This document shows positions 20,863-30,131 of a stretch of DNA of 64,000 nt, in pieces. The notes under the pieces were generated by a model. It was not told where the DNA came from and did not search any database. It saw only the letters and a list, made by a program, of their open reading frames with translations. Source of the stretch: Candidatus Fervidifonticultor tertius (lineage in GTDB: Bacteria > Sysuimicrobiota > Sysuimicrobiia > Sysuimicrobiales > Humicultoraceae). The DNA is taken from contig JAVKIY010000007.1 of the NCBI GenBank assembly GCA_031459235.1, positions 200-64,199 of the forward strand, given 5' to 3'. Both the position numbers and the translations under genes were made by a program. Each line of letters starts with the position of its first letter. Position 1 is the first letter of the stretch.

Positions 20863-21548
20863 GCCTCCGTCCGCCTCCGCACGACCTCGAGCACCGCGGC
20901 GATCGCCTGCTCCAGCGTGAGGTCGGTCGTGTCCACCACGACCGCGTCCGGCGCCGGCCGCAGCGGCGAGTGCGCACGTGTCTCGTCCCGCCGGTCCCGG
21001 TCTTCGACCTGGCGGCGTACCTCGTCGAGCGTGACCGCCAGGCCCCGCGCCAGCAACTCGGCGTGCCGACGGGCCGCGCGCGCCTCCAGACTGGCGGTCA
21101 GGAACACCTTCACCTCGGCGTCGGGCAGCACTACGGTCCCGATGTCGCGGCCCTCCATGACCACGCCGCCGGCGGCCGCGAGCACGCGCTGCCGGGCCAC
21201 CATCGCCTCCCGCACACCCGGTTTTGTGCTGACGCGTGACGCCGCCTCGCTGATCTCGGGCGAGCGGATCGCGTCGGTGACGTCCTCGCCGTCGGCCAGC
21301 ACCCGGCCGCCGTCGGGGGAGCCGGTGAAATCGATGGCAAGCCCGCGCGCCAGGCGGGTCAAGGTCTGATCGTCACGGAGCGCCACGCCGCGGCGCCGCG
21401 CGGCCAGCGCGACCGCCCGGTACATCGCGCCCGTGTCCAAGTAGGCGTACCCGAGCCGCCGCGCGACCTCCCGGGCGACGCTGGACTTCCCGGCGGCCGT
21501 GGGGCCGTCGATCGCCACGGCGGGCCGGCGGCCGCTACCGCGCGACAC
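20859..21548 (-). CDS. cmk: Cytidylate kinase
   Basis: VAIDGPTAAGKSSVAREVARRLGYAYLDTGAMYRAVA. An alternative GTG start lies at 21518. Confidence 0.92.
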   Translation of the reverse strand: MSRGSGRRPAVAIDGPTAAGKSSVAREVARRLGYAYLDTGAMYRAVALAARRRGVALRDDQTLTRLARGLAIDFTGSPDGGRVLADGEDVTDAIRSPEISEAASRVSTKPGVREAMVARQRVLAAAGGVVMEGRDIGTVVLPDAEVKVFLTASLEARAARRHAELLARGLAVTLDEVRRQVEDRDRRDETRAHSPLRPAPDAVVVDTTDLTLEQAIAAVLEVVRRRTEA

Positions 21549-22812
21549 GAGGCGCGCCGACCAGGTCCGCGATCACCCGCAGGGCGGCATCCAGATCGGC
21601 GGCCGCGACCGCGCCTGCGGCACGCAGCCGCGCGACCGCGTCGGCGGCCAGCCCACCGGTGAAGTCGCGGTGCCCCACCCCATCCACGATCACCACGGGC
21701 ACGCCGCGGGCTCGGGCACGGGCCGCGACGTCCAGGTTGCGCAGGTTCCCGGGGCCGAAGGGCACCGCGGTCACGAGCACGGCGCCCGCACGGCCGGCGG
21801 CCGCGCTCGCGTCCTCGAAGGCGCGGTCGCCGATGGGCGAGAACGGCGCCTCCTCCACCAAGTCCACGCCCAGCGCCCGCGCAGCCTCGTCGTCGGTGTC
21901 CACTACGTGGAGCACGCCGGCACTCACTTCATAGCCGGCTTCGACACAGCGTGCCAGCGCCTCGGCACCACTCCCCCCCCCGCAGATGACGTGCACCCGG
22001 GGACCCGCCTGCCGCGCGCGGGGCGGCGCCGCGACAACGTACGGCCGTCCGGTGACCGGGTGCGCGCGGACGCCCACCGCGTCGCCGTAGGCCTGGCGAA
22101 TCGTCTCAGGCCGGATGACCTCGGCCGCCGGGCCCGCGGCCAGCACGCGGCCACGGGCAAGGAGAGCCAGGCGGTCGGCGTAGGCCGCCGCCAGGTTCAC
22201 ATCGTGCAGTGCGGCGATGACCGTGAGGCCGCCCGAGGCGAGGCCGCGCAACAGCCCTGCGATCTCGACCTGGGCGCTCATGTCCAGGTGCGCCGTGGGC
22301 TCGTCGAGCAGCAGCAGTCGGGGACGCTGGGCCAGCGCTCGGGCGATCAGCACCCGCTGCCGCTCCCCACCGCTGAGCGCCTCCACCGGGCGAGCGGCCA
22401 ACGCCAGGGTCCCGGTCTGCGCCATTGCCGCGTCCACCGCCTCCAGATCCGCGCGGGTGGGACGCGCCAGCCTGACCAGATGGGGCATGCGGCCCCAGGC
22501 GACGGCTTCCCGGGCGGTGACGCCTGCCGGGGTGGCCGGCCGCTGCGGCAGGACCGCCATGGCCCGCGCCAGTGTGCGCACCGGCAACGCCCGCGGGTTT
22601 GCGCCGTCCACCAGCACCGAGCCCGCCTCGGGACCGAGCGCACCAGCCATCGCGCGGAGCAGCGTGGTCTTGCCCGCGCCATTGGGGCCGACGACGGCGA
22701 CGACCGTTCCCGGCTCGATGGTCAGCGAGACCCCGTCCAGGGCGGTGATCCCGCCCAGGCGGCAGGTGAGCCCGAGAACCTCCACTCGCAGGCCGGCGCC
22801 GGCGCCGCTCAT
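21535..22812 (-). CDS. FepC/BtuD-like ABC ATPase with a C-terminal extension of about 160 aa and unknown function
   Basis: N-terminal part has [33 protein letters not shown]. The C-terminal VHVICGGGSGAEALARCVEAGYEV... looks Rossmann-like (GGGSGA). Confidence 0.8.
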   Translation of the reverse strand: MSGAGAGLRVEVLGLTCRLGGITALDGVSLTIEPGTVVAVVGPNGAGKTTLLRAMAGALGPEAGSVLVDGANPRALPVRTLARAMAVLPQRPATPAGVTAREAVAWGRMPHLVRLARPTRADLEAVDAAMAQTGTLALAARPVEALSGGERQRVLIARALAQRPRLLLLDEPTAHLDMSAQVEIAGLLRGLASGGLTVIAALHDVNLAAAYADRLALLARGRVLAAGPAAEVIRPETIRQAYGDAVGVRAHPVTGRPYVVAAPPRARQAGPRVHVICGGGSGAEALARCVEAGYEVSAGVLHVVDTDDEAARALGVDLVEEAPFSPIGDRAFEDASAAAGRAGAVLVTAVPFGPGNLRNLDVAARARARGVPVVIVDGVGHRDFTGGLAADAVARLRAAGAVAAADLDAALRVIADLVGAPRVAR

Positions 22813-23666
22813 CGCGCGTTGTAGAGATACCGGGCGACCGCCGTCAACCCCTCCGCGACACGGGGGCCCGGCCGGCTCACGAGCGCCGTGGGAAGCTCGT
22901 ACACCCGGCCGGACCCACCCGCGGCCGTCGCGCGCCAGCCGGGTCGTGCCAGCACCGTTCCGCGTCCGGGGTACATGAGCAAGATCACGTGCGGATCGCG
23001 GGCGAGCACCGCCTCCGCGGAGACGGGCGCGTAGCCGCGGAGGTCGGCGAAGATGTTTCGTCCGCCCGCGCGCCGAGCGAGATCGTCGACGAGGGTGGCC
23101 CGGGCAGCGGCCAGGAGCGGCTCGCCCCAGGCCTCAATGTACACGCTCACCGGAGGGCCGGGACGGACCTCGCCGGCCCGCGCCGCGAGGCCGGCGACGA
23201 GCCGGCCTGCCTGGACGCTGCGGCCCGTGATGCGACCCAGCGTGCGAATCAGTGCAAGCGTCTCGTCGAAGGTGGCCGCGTCCACGGCGAAGACGGGCAG
23301 GCGCAGACCGCGCAGCCGCGCCAGGGCGTCCCGCTGCAGGCTGGGGACGCCGACCACGAGGTCCGGCCGCAGCGCCGTGATGCGCTCGATGTTGAGGACG
23401 ACGCCGCCGATGCGCGGCCGATCCCGGACCCGCTCAGCCGGGTGGTCATCCGCGTCGCTGATCCCCACGACCTCGCGATCCAGCCCGAGCGCGAAGAGCG
23501 TCTCGGTCACGCTTGGCGCGAGCGACACGATGCGCGCGGGCGGGCGGGCCAGCACGACGATAACGCCTTCGGCGTCGCGCACCGTCAGCGGGAAGTCCGG
23601 GGTCGCCGCGCTTGGCGCACTCGCAACGAGGACCAGCAGGCCGATCCAGAGCGCCGTGCGCCTCAC
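22809..23666 (-). CDS. BtuF/FecB-type (class III) periplasmic substrate-binding protein
   Basis: RIVSLAPSVTETLFALGLDREVVGISD. GTG at 23666 with GGAGG 5 nt upstream. It overlaps the methyltransferase TGA (GTGA). Confidence 0.8.
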   Translation of the reverse strand: MRRTALWIGLLVLVASAPSAATPDFPLTVRDAEGVIVVLARPPARIVSLAPSVTETLFALGLDREVVGISDADDHPAERVRDRPRIGGVVLNIERITALRPDLVVGVPSLQRDALARLRGLRLPVFAVDAATFDETLALIRTLGRITGRSVQAGRLVAGLAARAGEVRPGPPVSVYIEAWGEPLLAAARATLVDDLARRAGGRNIFADLRGYAPVSAEAVLARDPHVILLMYPGRGTVLARPGWRATAAGGSGRVYELPTALVSRPGPRVAEGLTAVARYLYNAR

Positions 23667-24295
23667 CGCGACCTCCGACCTCTCGCACGCCGCGGACGGC
23701 CCCGCAGCCCCGGGCGCCCGCCGCCGCCCGGTCGTCGCGCGACGATGCGGCCGAGCGCCACGCGCTGCCCGCCCTCGGTGAACACACCCTCTGCGTACTC
23801 CAGGACCTCCCATCCCCGGAAGCGCCGCGCGAGCTCACCGGACCGCAGGCGGTGCGCCGGGGTGCGGACGCGGCTCGGGGTCGCGTCCGAGACCAGGTGC
23901 GTCTCGAAGATCACGACGCCCCCGGGCCGCACCGCGGCGCGCAGCGCCGGGAACAACCCACGCTTGAGGAAGAAGGCGTTGACGACCACGTCATAGCAGG
24001 CGCGCGGCAGGCGGTAGTGGTCGAGATCGGCCTCGATCCAACGCACGTGCAGCCCGCGCCGTCGCGCGCGGCGCGCGGCTTCCGCCAGGCAGGTGGGCGC
24101 GATGTCGATGGCGTCTACCCGGTAGCCGGCGCGCGCGAGGAACAGGGCATTGCGGCCGAGCCCGGTGGCGACGTCGAGAGCACGACCGCGCGGCAGGTAC
24201 GACAGCCAGCGCACCAGCAGCGCGGACGGCGGCCCGTCGTGGGCGCGGTCGCCCGCCTGGTAGCGGGCTTCCCATTTGAGTCGCTCTGCGCGCAC
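23663..24295 (-). CDS. Class I SAM-dependent methyltransferase (TehB-like)
   Basis: ALDVATGLGRNALFLARAGYRVDAIDI...VRPGGVVIFE. Start taken as the GTG at 24295, 7 nt after the dacB-like stop. Confidence 0.7.
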   Translation of the reverse strand: MRAERLKWEARYQAGDRAHDGPPSALLVRWLSYLPRGRALDVATGLGRNALFLARAGYRVDAIDIAPTCLAEAARRARRRGLHVRWIEADLDHYRLPRACYDVVVNAFFLKRGLFPALRAAVRPGGVVIFETHLVSDATPSRVRTPAHRLRSGELARRFRGWEVLEYAEGVFTEGGQRVALGRIVARRPGGGGRPGLRGRPRRARGRRSR

Positions 24296-24302
24296 CGCCG
24301 GC

Positions 24303-25463
24303 TCAGCGTGCCCGGCGCTCGGTTGCGACCAGGACCGACCGGGCCACCACCAGGGCGGCGTCCTCGACGAACTCGACGGTGCCGACGCGGGTGCCCGGAG
24401 TGATGGGACCCCGCAGGTCAGGCCGCAACGCCACCCGCGCGGTGAGGGTGGCCCCGCGCCGCACCACGGCGTGGACGTCGGCCGGCGGGACGGCGACGAG
24501 GTGCCCGGCGCCAACGACGGCGTCTAGCGGCGCGAGCGGCTCGCCCCGCGCTGCCAGGCGGCGGGAGATGAACGACGCGAAGCCGAAATCGAGCAGCCGG
24601 CTCGCGTCGCCGTAGTGGTCGTCGCTGCGGAGGACCGCCGCCAGGAGCTGCCAGCCGTCCCGCGTCGCGGACGCGACGATCGTATTGCCGGCCGCGCGCG
24701 TGGACCCGGTCTTCACGCCGTCGGCGCCCGGGTACCGCCCCAGGAGCCGGTTCCGGTTCTCCAGGTCCTCCCGGGCGCCGTCGGGCCGGACGAGTGTCCA
24801 GACGGGTGTCCGGACGATCTCAGCGAACGCGGGGGCGCGCAGCGCGTGCCGGCTGATCAGCGCGAGGTCGGCCGCGGTGGTGTAGTGCTCGGGATGGTCG
24901 AGGCCGTGGGCGTTGGCGAATCGTGTGTGGCGCGCGCCGAGCGAGCGAGCGCGGGCGGTCATCAGGACGGCGAAGCGCGACTGGTCACCCGCTACGGCCC
25001 CGGCCAGCGCCGCTGCGGCGTCGTTCGCCGAACGCAGCAGCATCACGCGCAGCAGGTCGCCGGTGGTCCACCGCTCGCCGGCGGCCAGCCCGATGTGCGA
25101 GCCAGTCCGCAGCGCCGCGGCGTCTCTGTCCACGGTCACGGTCGCCTGCGGCCCGAGCCGCTCGAGGACCAGGAGCGCGGTCATGATCTTGGTCGTCGAG
25201 GCGGGCGCCATGCGCTGGTGGGCAGCGCGCGCATAGAGCACGCGCCCGGTGCGGACGTCGACCAGCACCGCGGCGGCGGCCCGGACGGCTGGCGCTGCGG
25301 TCCCGGCGCCGGCAGCCGCCGCGCCAGGGGGCGCGACGCCAGTGGACGAGCCGCTTGCCACGGCAGCCAGCGCCGCGGCGGACGGCCCGGCGGCGAACGC
25401 CACCACCAGGAGGGCCGCCCCCCAGACCCTGCACAGCGACCGACGGCCCGGTCCGCGCGTCAT
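24303..25463 (-). CDS. D-alanyl-D-alanine carboxypeptidase (peptidase S11)
   Basis: Signal peptide, then STTK (SxxK), SANDAA (SxN) and KTGST (KTG) motifs. Confidence 0.9.
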   Translation of the reverse strand: MTRGPGRRSLCRVWGAALLVVAFAAGPSAAALAAVASGSSTGVAPPGAAAAGAGTAAPAVRAAAAVLVDVRTGRVLYARAAHQRMAPASTTKIMTALLVLERLGPQATVTVDRDAAALRTGSHIGLAAGERWTTGDLLRVMLLRSANDAAAALAGAVAGDQSRFAVLMTARARSLGARHTRFANAHGLDHPEHYTTAADLALISRHALRAPAFAEIVRTPVWTLVRPDGAREDLENRNRLLGRYPGADGVKTGSTRAAGNTIVASATRDGWQLLAAVLRSDDHYGDASRLLDFGFASFISRRLAARGEPLAPLDAVVGAGHLVAVPPADVHAVVRRGATLTARVALRPDLRGPITPGTRVGTVEFVEDAALVVARSVLVATERRAR

Positions 25464-26059
25464 CGTACGGTGTCGAGCAGGGCCTGCATGCCTCGCTCGC
25501 CTATCGGGGGCAGCTCGCTCAGGTCGTTGAGCCCGAAGTAGCGGAGGAACAGCTCGGTCGTGGCGAAGAGCACCGGCCGGCCGGGTGTCGGTCGGCGGCC
25601 GGCCTCCCGAATCAACCCGTGCTCGAGCAGCCGCTCGATATGCCAGTCGCTCCGCACGCCACGCACCGCCTCGATGTCGCCGCGCGTCACGGGCTGGCGG
25701 TAGGCGATGACCGCGAGCGTCTCCATCGCGCCGCGCGTCAGGCGTTCGCCGTGCTCCCGCTGGAGGAACCGGCGGACCAAGTCGGCGTGGCGCGGGTGCG
25801 TGCCGAGTTGATAGCCTCCGGCGACGGCCTGGAGCAGCAGCCCGGTCCCTTCGAGACGTCGGCGCAGCGCCTCCAGCCCCTCCCGGGCGGCGCCGGGCGG
25901 GACGCCGGTGAGTTCTGCCAGGCGGTCCAGCGGCACCGGACGTTCGGCCACGAAGAGGACCGCCTCATACGCCCGGGCCAGCCCTTCGGCGGCGTCGCCG
26001 ACCGCGATCGGCGCGGCGTCCGTTCCGACGAAAGCCTCGGGCCCGCGCTCCTCGCTCAC
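25460..26059 (-). CDS. scpB: Segregation and condensation protein B
   Basis: EAVLFVAERPVPLDRLAELTG...IAYRQPVTRGDIEAVRGV. Confidence 0.9.
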   Translation of the reverse strand: MSEERGPEAFVGTDAAPIAVGDAAEGLARAYEAVLFVAERPVPLDRLAELTGVPPGAAREGLEALRRRLEGTGLLLQAVAGGYQLGTHPRHADLVRRFLQREHGERLTRGAMETLAVIAYRQPVTRGDIEAVRGVRSDWHIERLLEHGLIREAGRRPTPGRPVLFATTELFLRYFGLNDLSELPPIGERGMQALLDTVR

Positions 26060-26802
26060 GGCCGGGCCGCCACGACGATGATCGGTGCCAACGGCGAGGC
26101 CTGCTCCACGCGCACCTGCCGGTCCTTGATCAGATCGAGGAGCGCCAGGAACGTGACGATGACGAACACAACGGTGACGCGGCCCGGGAAGAGCCGGGCG
26201 AACTCGACACCGCCGGGCGAGCGCCGCAGCGCATCGAGGATCGCCGCGCGGCGGTCGGCAACGCGGACCGGCTCGTCGGCCACCTCGGCGGCACGGGTGG
26301 TGCGCGCGCGCGCCAGCACGGCGTGGAAGGCCTTGAACAGGTCGTCCACGGTCAGGCCCTCGAGCAACAGCTCGGGCTCCGCCTGCGGGGCCCGGACGAA
26401 CACCCGCGTCTGGTACTCCTCGAGCGCGCGCAGCGCGGCCGCGGCCTCCTTGAAAGCCCGGTACTCGCCGAGCTGCTCCTCGAGGCGTTCCGGCAGGTCG
26501 CTCGCGCCGACCTCAGGCGCGGGCTCTGCCGGCGGCGGCTTGGGCAGCAAGAGCTTGGCCTTCATCTCGACAAGCGCGGCAAGCATCCACAGCGCCTCGG
26601 TCGCCTCGTTCAGGTCGAGGGCGCGCCTCGTGCGGTCGAGGAACTCGCGGGCGAGATCGGCGAGCGGAATCGCGGCGAGGTCGATCTTGCCCTGGTGCGC
26701 CAGGGTCACCAGCAGGTCGAGCGGTCCCTCGAACCCCGGCACCTTGACCGCGTAGCCGGCCGGACCCCGCGGGGCCGCGTCCGGGCCCTGCGGTTCGCTC
26801 AC
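26056..26802 (-). CDS. scpA: Segregation and condensation protein A
   Basis: GFEGPLDLLVTLAHQGKIDLAAIPLADLAREFL. Confidence 0.9.
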   Translation of the reverse strand: MSEPQGPDAAPRGPAGYAVKVPGFEGPLDLLVTLAHQGKIDLAAIPLADLAREFLDRTRRALDLNEATEALWMLAALVEMKAKLLLPKPPPAEPAPEVGASDLPERLEEQLGEYRAFKEAAAALRALEEYQTRVFVRAPQAEPELLLEGLTVDDLFKAFHAVLARARTTRAAEVADEPVRVADRRAAILDALRRSPGGVEFARLFPGRVTVVFVIVTFLALLDLIKDRQVRVEQASPLAPIIVVAARP

Positions 26803-27431
26803 AGTCCCGCCGCGCCGAAGGCGCGGGCGAACAGCCAGAGGTACGCCGGCCGGAGCACCGCGCCAAACAGACTCACCCCTGGAATGATGCGGGGCAGCAT
26901 GATGAGCGCGAGCAAGATCGGCGGGCCGTACGGCGCGAGCCGGTCGTAGGCCGCGGCCTGCTCTGCGGGGAGGAGCCCGGTCAGGATGCGCGAGCCGTCG
27001 AGCGGATGGACGGGCAGCAGGTTGAACACCGCCAGGATGGCGTTGATGAATCCCAGGAACTGCACGAACGTCCCCAGCGGTCCGCCCAGCGGTAGCACGC
27101 CGACCTGGACCAGCAGACCGACCAGGAACAGCAGCGCGATGTTGGACAGCGGCCCGGCCGCGGCGACGAGCAGCATGCCGCGGCGCCAGTCACCGAAGTA
27201 GCGCGGGTTGACCGGCACGGGCTTCGCCCACCCGAATCCGACCAGCACGAGCAGCAGGCTCCCGAGCGGGTCGAGGTGCACGAGCGGGTTCAGCGAGAGC
27301 CGGCCAACCGACCGCGGCGTCGGGTCGCCGAGCCGGTCGGCGGTCCAGGCGTGCGCGTACTCGTGTAGGGTGATCGCGATGACGACGGCTGCGAGCCAGT
27401 ACGGCAGGAGCTCGATGCGGCCGAAGATCAT
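26799..27431 (-). CDS. Site-2 protease family (M50) membrane metalloprotease
   Basis: HEYAHAW (HExxH) and NLLPVHPLDGSR, multi-TM. The ATG at 27431 overlaps the lysA TGA. Confidence 0.85.
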   Translation of the reverse strand: MIFGRIELLPYWLAAVVIAITLHEYAHAWTADRLGDPTPRSVGRLSLNPLVHLDPLGSLLLVLVGFGWAKPVPVNPRYFGDWRRGMLLVAAAGPLSNIALLFLVGLLVQVGVLPLGGPLGTFVQFLGFINAILAVFNLLPVHPLDGSRILTGLLPAEQAAAYDRLAPYGPPILLALIMLPRIIPGVSLFGAVLRPAYLWLFARAFGAAGL

Positions 27432-28762
27432 CGCGCACGCGCCGCTGGCGAGGGGACCAGGGGGCGGTCGTGCCGGACCAGATCGGCGGTCGTCTCGCGC
27501 TCGACGACGATCTGCGCGCTGCCGTCGCGCGCGCACACGACCGCCGGCCGCGGGTAGCGGTTGTAGTTGCTCGCCATAGAGTAGGTGTAGGCGCCCGTCG
27601 AGAACACGGCCACCAGGTCGCCCTCGCGCACCTCGGGCAGGTCGGCCTCCCAGATCAGGACGTCGCCGGACTCGCAGCAGCGGCCGGCGAGCGCGACCCG
27701 ACGCGAAGGCGGCTCGGCGGCCCGCGTGGCGACCACCGCGGTGTACCGGGCGTCGTAGAGCGCCGGCCGCGGGTTCTCGTACATCCCGCCGTCCACGGAG
27801 ACGTAGGTGCGCACGCCGGGGATCGCCTTGATCGCCCCGACGGTGTACAGGGTGACGCCGGCGTCGCCAACGATCGAACGGCCCGGCTCCAGGTAGACGG
27901 TCGGGGTCGGTAGCCGGTGGCGGGCGAGCGAGTCCCGCACCGTCTCCATGAGGTCGTGGACGAACACCGCGGGCGCCGGCGGCTCGTGCTCGGGCCGGTA
28001 GCGGATGCCGAGCCCCCCGCCCAGGTTGAGCTCGTCCATCACGAAGCCGGCCCCGCGCATCTCGGCGGCGAACGCGATGACCGCGCGCGCCGCCAGCAGA
28101 AACGGCTCCACATCGAGAATCTGCGAGCCGATATGGCAGTGCAGTCCGCGCAGCCGCAGCCCGGGCGCGTCCAGGGCCAGCCGCACCGCGCGCTCCGCAT
28201 CTGGGCCGAGGAGGCCAAACCCGAACTTCGAGTCCACGCCACCGGTCTGGATCGCCCTGTGCGTGTGCGGCTCGATGCCGGGGGTCACGCGTAACAGCAC
28301 ATCCGCGCGCCGGCCCCGCTCCCGCGCGAACCGGTCGAGGAGTCCTAGCTCGTACTCGTTGTCCACGACGAAGCGGCCAACCCCGACCTCCAGCCCGTAG
28401 GCGATCTCCTCCGGCGTCTTGTTGCTGCCGTGGAAGACGAGCGCGTCGGCCGGGACCCTCGCCTGGAGCGCGGTGTAGATCTCGCCGATGCTCACGACAT
28501 CGAGGCCCATGCCCTCGTCGTACGCGAGCTGGCAGGTCGCAACGATGCACAGCGCCTTTGAGGCGAACAGCGCGCGGCTGGGCCCCGGGGCGTACCGGCG
28601 CAGGGCCTCGACATACGCCCGGCAGTTGGCTCGCACGCGCGCCTCGTCGAGCACGTGGAGGGGCGTACCGAAGCGCGCCGCCAGGCCGGCGGCGGCGGCG
28701 CCGCCGATCAGCAGATTGCCGGAGGGATCGACGTCGAAACCGAAGCGCTGAGGGAGTTGCAT
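27428..28762 (-). CDS. lysA: Diaminopimelate decarboxylase
   Basis: 444 aa. Full-length similarity pattern to LysA (alanine racemase-like fold), including ...CESGD... Confidence 0.92.
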   Translation of the reverse strand: MQLPQRFGFDVDPSGNLLIGGAAAAGLAARFGTPLHVLDEARVRANCRAYVEALRRYAPGPSRALFASKALCIVATCQLAYDEGMGLDVVSIGEIYTALQARVPADALVFHGSNKTPEEIAYGLEVGVGRFVVDNEYELGLLDRFARERGRRADVLLRVTPGIEPHTHRAIQTGGVDSKFGFGLLGPDAERAVRLALDAPGLRLRGLHCHIGSQILDVEPFLLAARAVIAFAAEMRGAGFVMDELNLGGGLGIRYRPEHEPPAPAVFVHDLMETVRDSLARHRLPTPTVYLEPGRSIVGDAGVTLYTVGAIKAIPGVRTYVSVDGGMYENPRPALYDARYTAVVATRAAEPPSRRVALAGRCCESGDVLIWEADLPEVREGDLVAVFSTGAYTYSMASNYNRYPRPAVVCARDGSAQIVVERETTADLVRHDRPLVPSPAARAR

Positions 28763-28774
28763 CAGGTCACGGCC

Positions 28775-28803
28775 AATCTAACATGGGGGTCTGGGAGTGT
28801 CAA
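28775..28803 (-). promoter_or_regulatory. Near-consensus sigma-70 promoter for lysA with a very short leader
   Basis: On the minus strand: TTGACA (28803-28798), 17 nt, TAGATT (28780-28775). Only 12 nt separate the -10 from the lysA ATG at 28762, and there is no SD. Confidence 0.6.
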
Positions 28804-28813
28804 CGAACCGCGC

Positions 28814-30055
28814 CTAGTCCCACCGCCGTTCGTCCACGATCCGCTTCGCGTCGTCACCGAGCGTGCCGGCGGCCAGCAGCTCGACATCGCAGCGCAACCG
28901 CAGGCCGGTCGCCAGCGCCTCGCGCAGCGCCGGGGCCTCCGGCGCCGCGGCGCCCGGCCGCAACTCCACGCGCACCGTCATCTCGTCCACCTCGCCTGGT
29001 CGCCGCACGACGACCTGCGCGCGCGCGACCTCGGGGAACTGCGCGACGATGCGCGCCACCTCCGCGGGGTGCACGAACAGGCCACGGACCTTCACCGCTT
29101 CGCCGATCCGGCCCACGACGCGCGCGATCCGCGGCGCGGTGCGGCCGCAGGGACAGGCGCCCTCGGCCATCGTGACCAGGTCCCCGGTCCCGAACCGCAG
29201 CAAGGGATACACGGGGTTGAGCGCGGTCACCACGGCTTCGCCCGGCTGCCCGGGCGCGACCGGCTGGCCGGTGTGCGGGTCGAGCACCTCCAGGATCGTC
29301 TCGCGCGCCAGGTGCATCCCCGCGCGCACGCCGCACTCGTACGCGACAGACCCCAGGTCGGCCGTGCCGTAGCCCTGGGTCGCGGTGATGCCGAAGTCGG
29401 CCTCCAGGCGCCGGCGCAATGACTCGGGCAGCATCTCGGCGATCACGAACGCGCGCCGCAACCCGTGGCGCACGCCCGCGCTCCGCGCGGCGTCGAGCAA
29501 GGTGACCAGGAAGCTGGGCGTGCCCACGAATCCACTCACGCCCAGCTCGCCCAGGATCTGCACCTGGGCGTCGGTGTTCCCCGGGCCGCTCGGCACGACC
29601 GGACAGCCGATCGCCCGCAGCGCGTCGTCGAACATGTGGCCCGCCGGCGTCAGGTGGTACGAGAGCGTGTTCAGCGCCACGTCGCCGGCGCGGAACCCCG
29701 CGGCGAACAGCGCGGGCGCAAACCGCCAGTAGTCGGGCTCCAGACCTTCGGGGTCGTAGATGGGCCCGGGCGAGCGGTACGCGCGTGCCAGCCTGGCAAG
29801 GGGCACACCCAGCCAGCCGGCAAAGGGTGGCGACGCGCGCTGCGCCGCGGGGAGGGTATCTTTCGACAGCACCGGGAGCCGCGTCAGCGCGTCGAGCCCC
29901 AGCGCCTGTGGGTCGAGCCCGGCCGCCGCCAGCCGCTCGCGCAGGGCGGGCGCGTGCGGTGCGGCCGCCGCGGCGACCTCGCGGAGCCGCGCGTCCTGCC
30001 AGGCGCGGCGCTCGGCCTCGGACCAGCGCTCGGACGGGTGCCAGACCTCCTCCAC
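28814..30055 (-). CDS. Phenylacetate-CoA ligase family adenylate-forming enzyme (PaaK-like)
   Basis: 413 aa with PaaK-like N-terminal pattern (...LTRLPVLSKDTL...) and adenylation core. Confidence 0.8.
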   Translation of the reverse strand: MEEVWHPSERWSEAERRAWQDARLREVAAAAAPHAPALRERLAAAGLDPQALGLDALTRLPVLSKDTLPAAQRASPPFAGWLGVPLARLARAYRSPGPIYDPEGLEPDYWRFAPALFAAGFRAGDVALNTLSYHLTPAGHMFDDALRAIGCPVVPSGPGNTDAQVQILGELGVSGFVGTPSFLVTLLDAARSAGVRHGLRRAFVIAEMLPESLRRRLEADFGITATQGYGTADLGSVAYECGVRAGMHLARETILEVLDPHTGQPVAPGQPGEAVVTALNPVYPLLRFGTGDLVTMAEGACPCGRTAPRIARVVGRIGEAVKVRGLFVHPAEVARIVAQFPEVARAQVVVRRPGEVDEMTVRVELRPGAAAPEAPALREALATGLRLRCDVELLAAGTLGDDAKRIVDERRWD

Positions 30056-30131
30056 CGCCGCCCCCCACGGCCGGGCCGGGCACCGGCCGCGCTGAAGGTT
30101 TCACGCGCCGCCCGGCCGTATTCCTCCCTCG

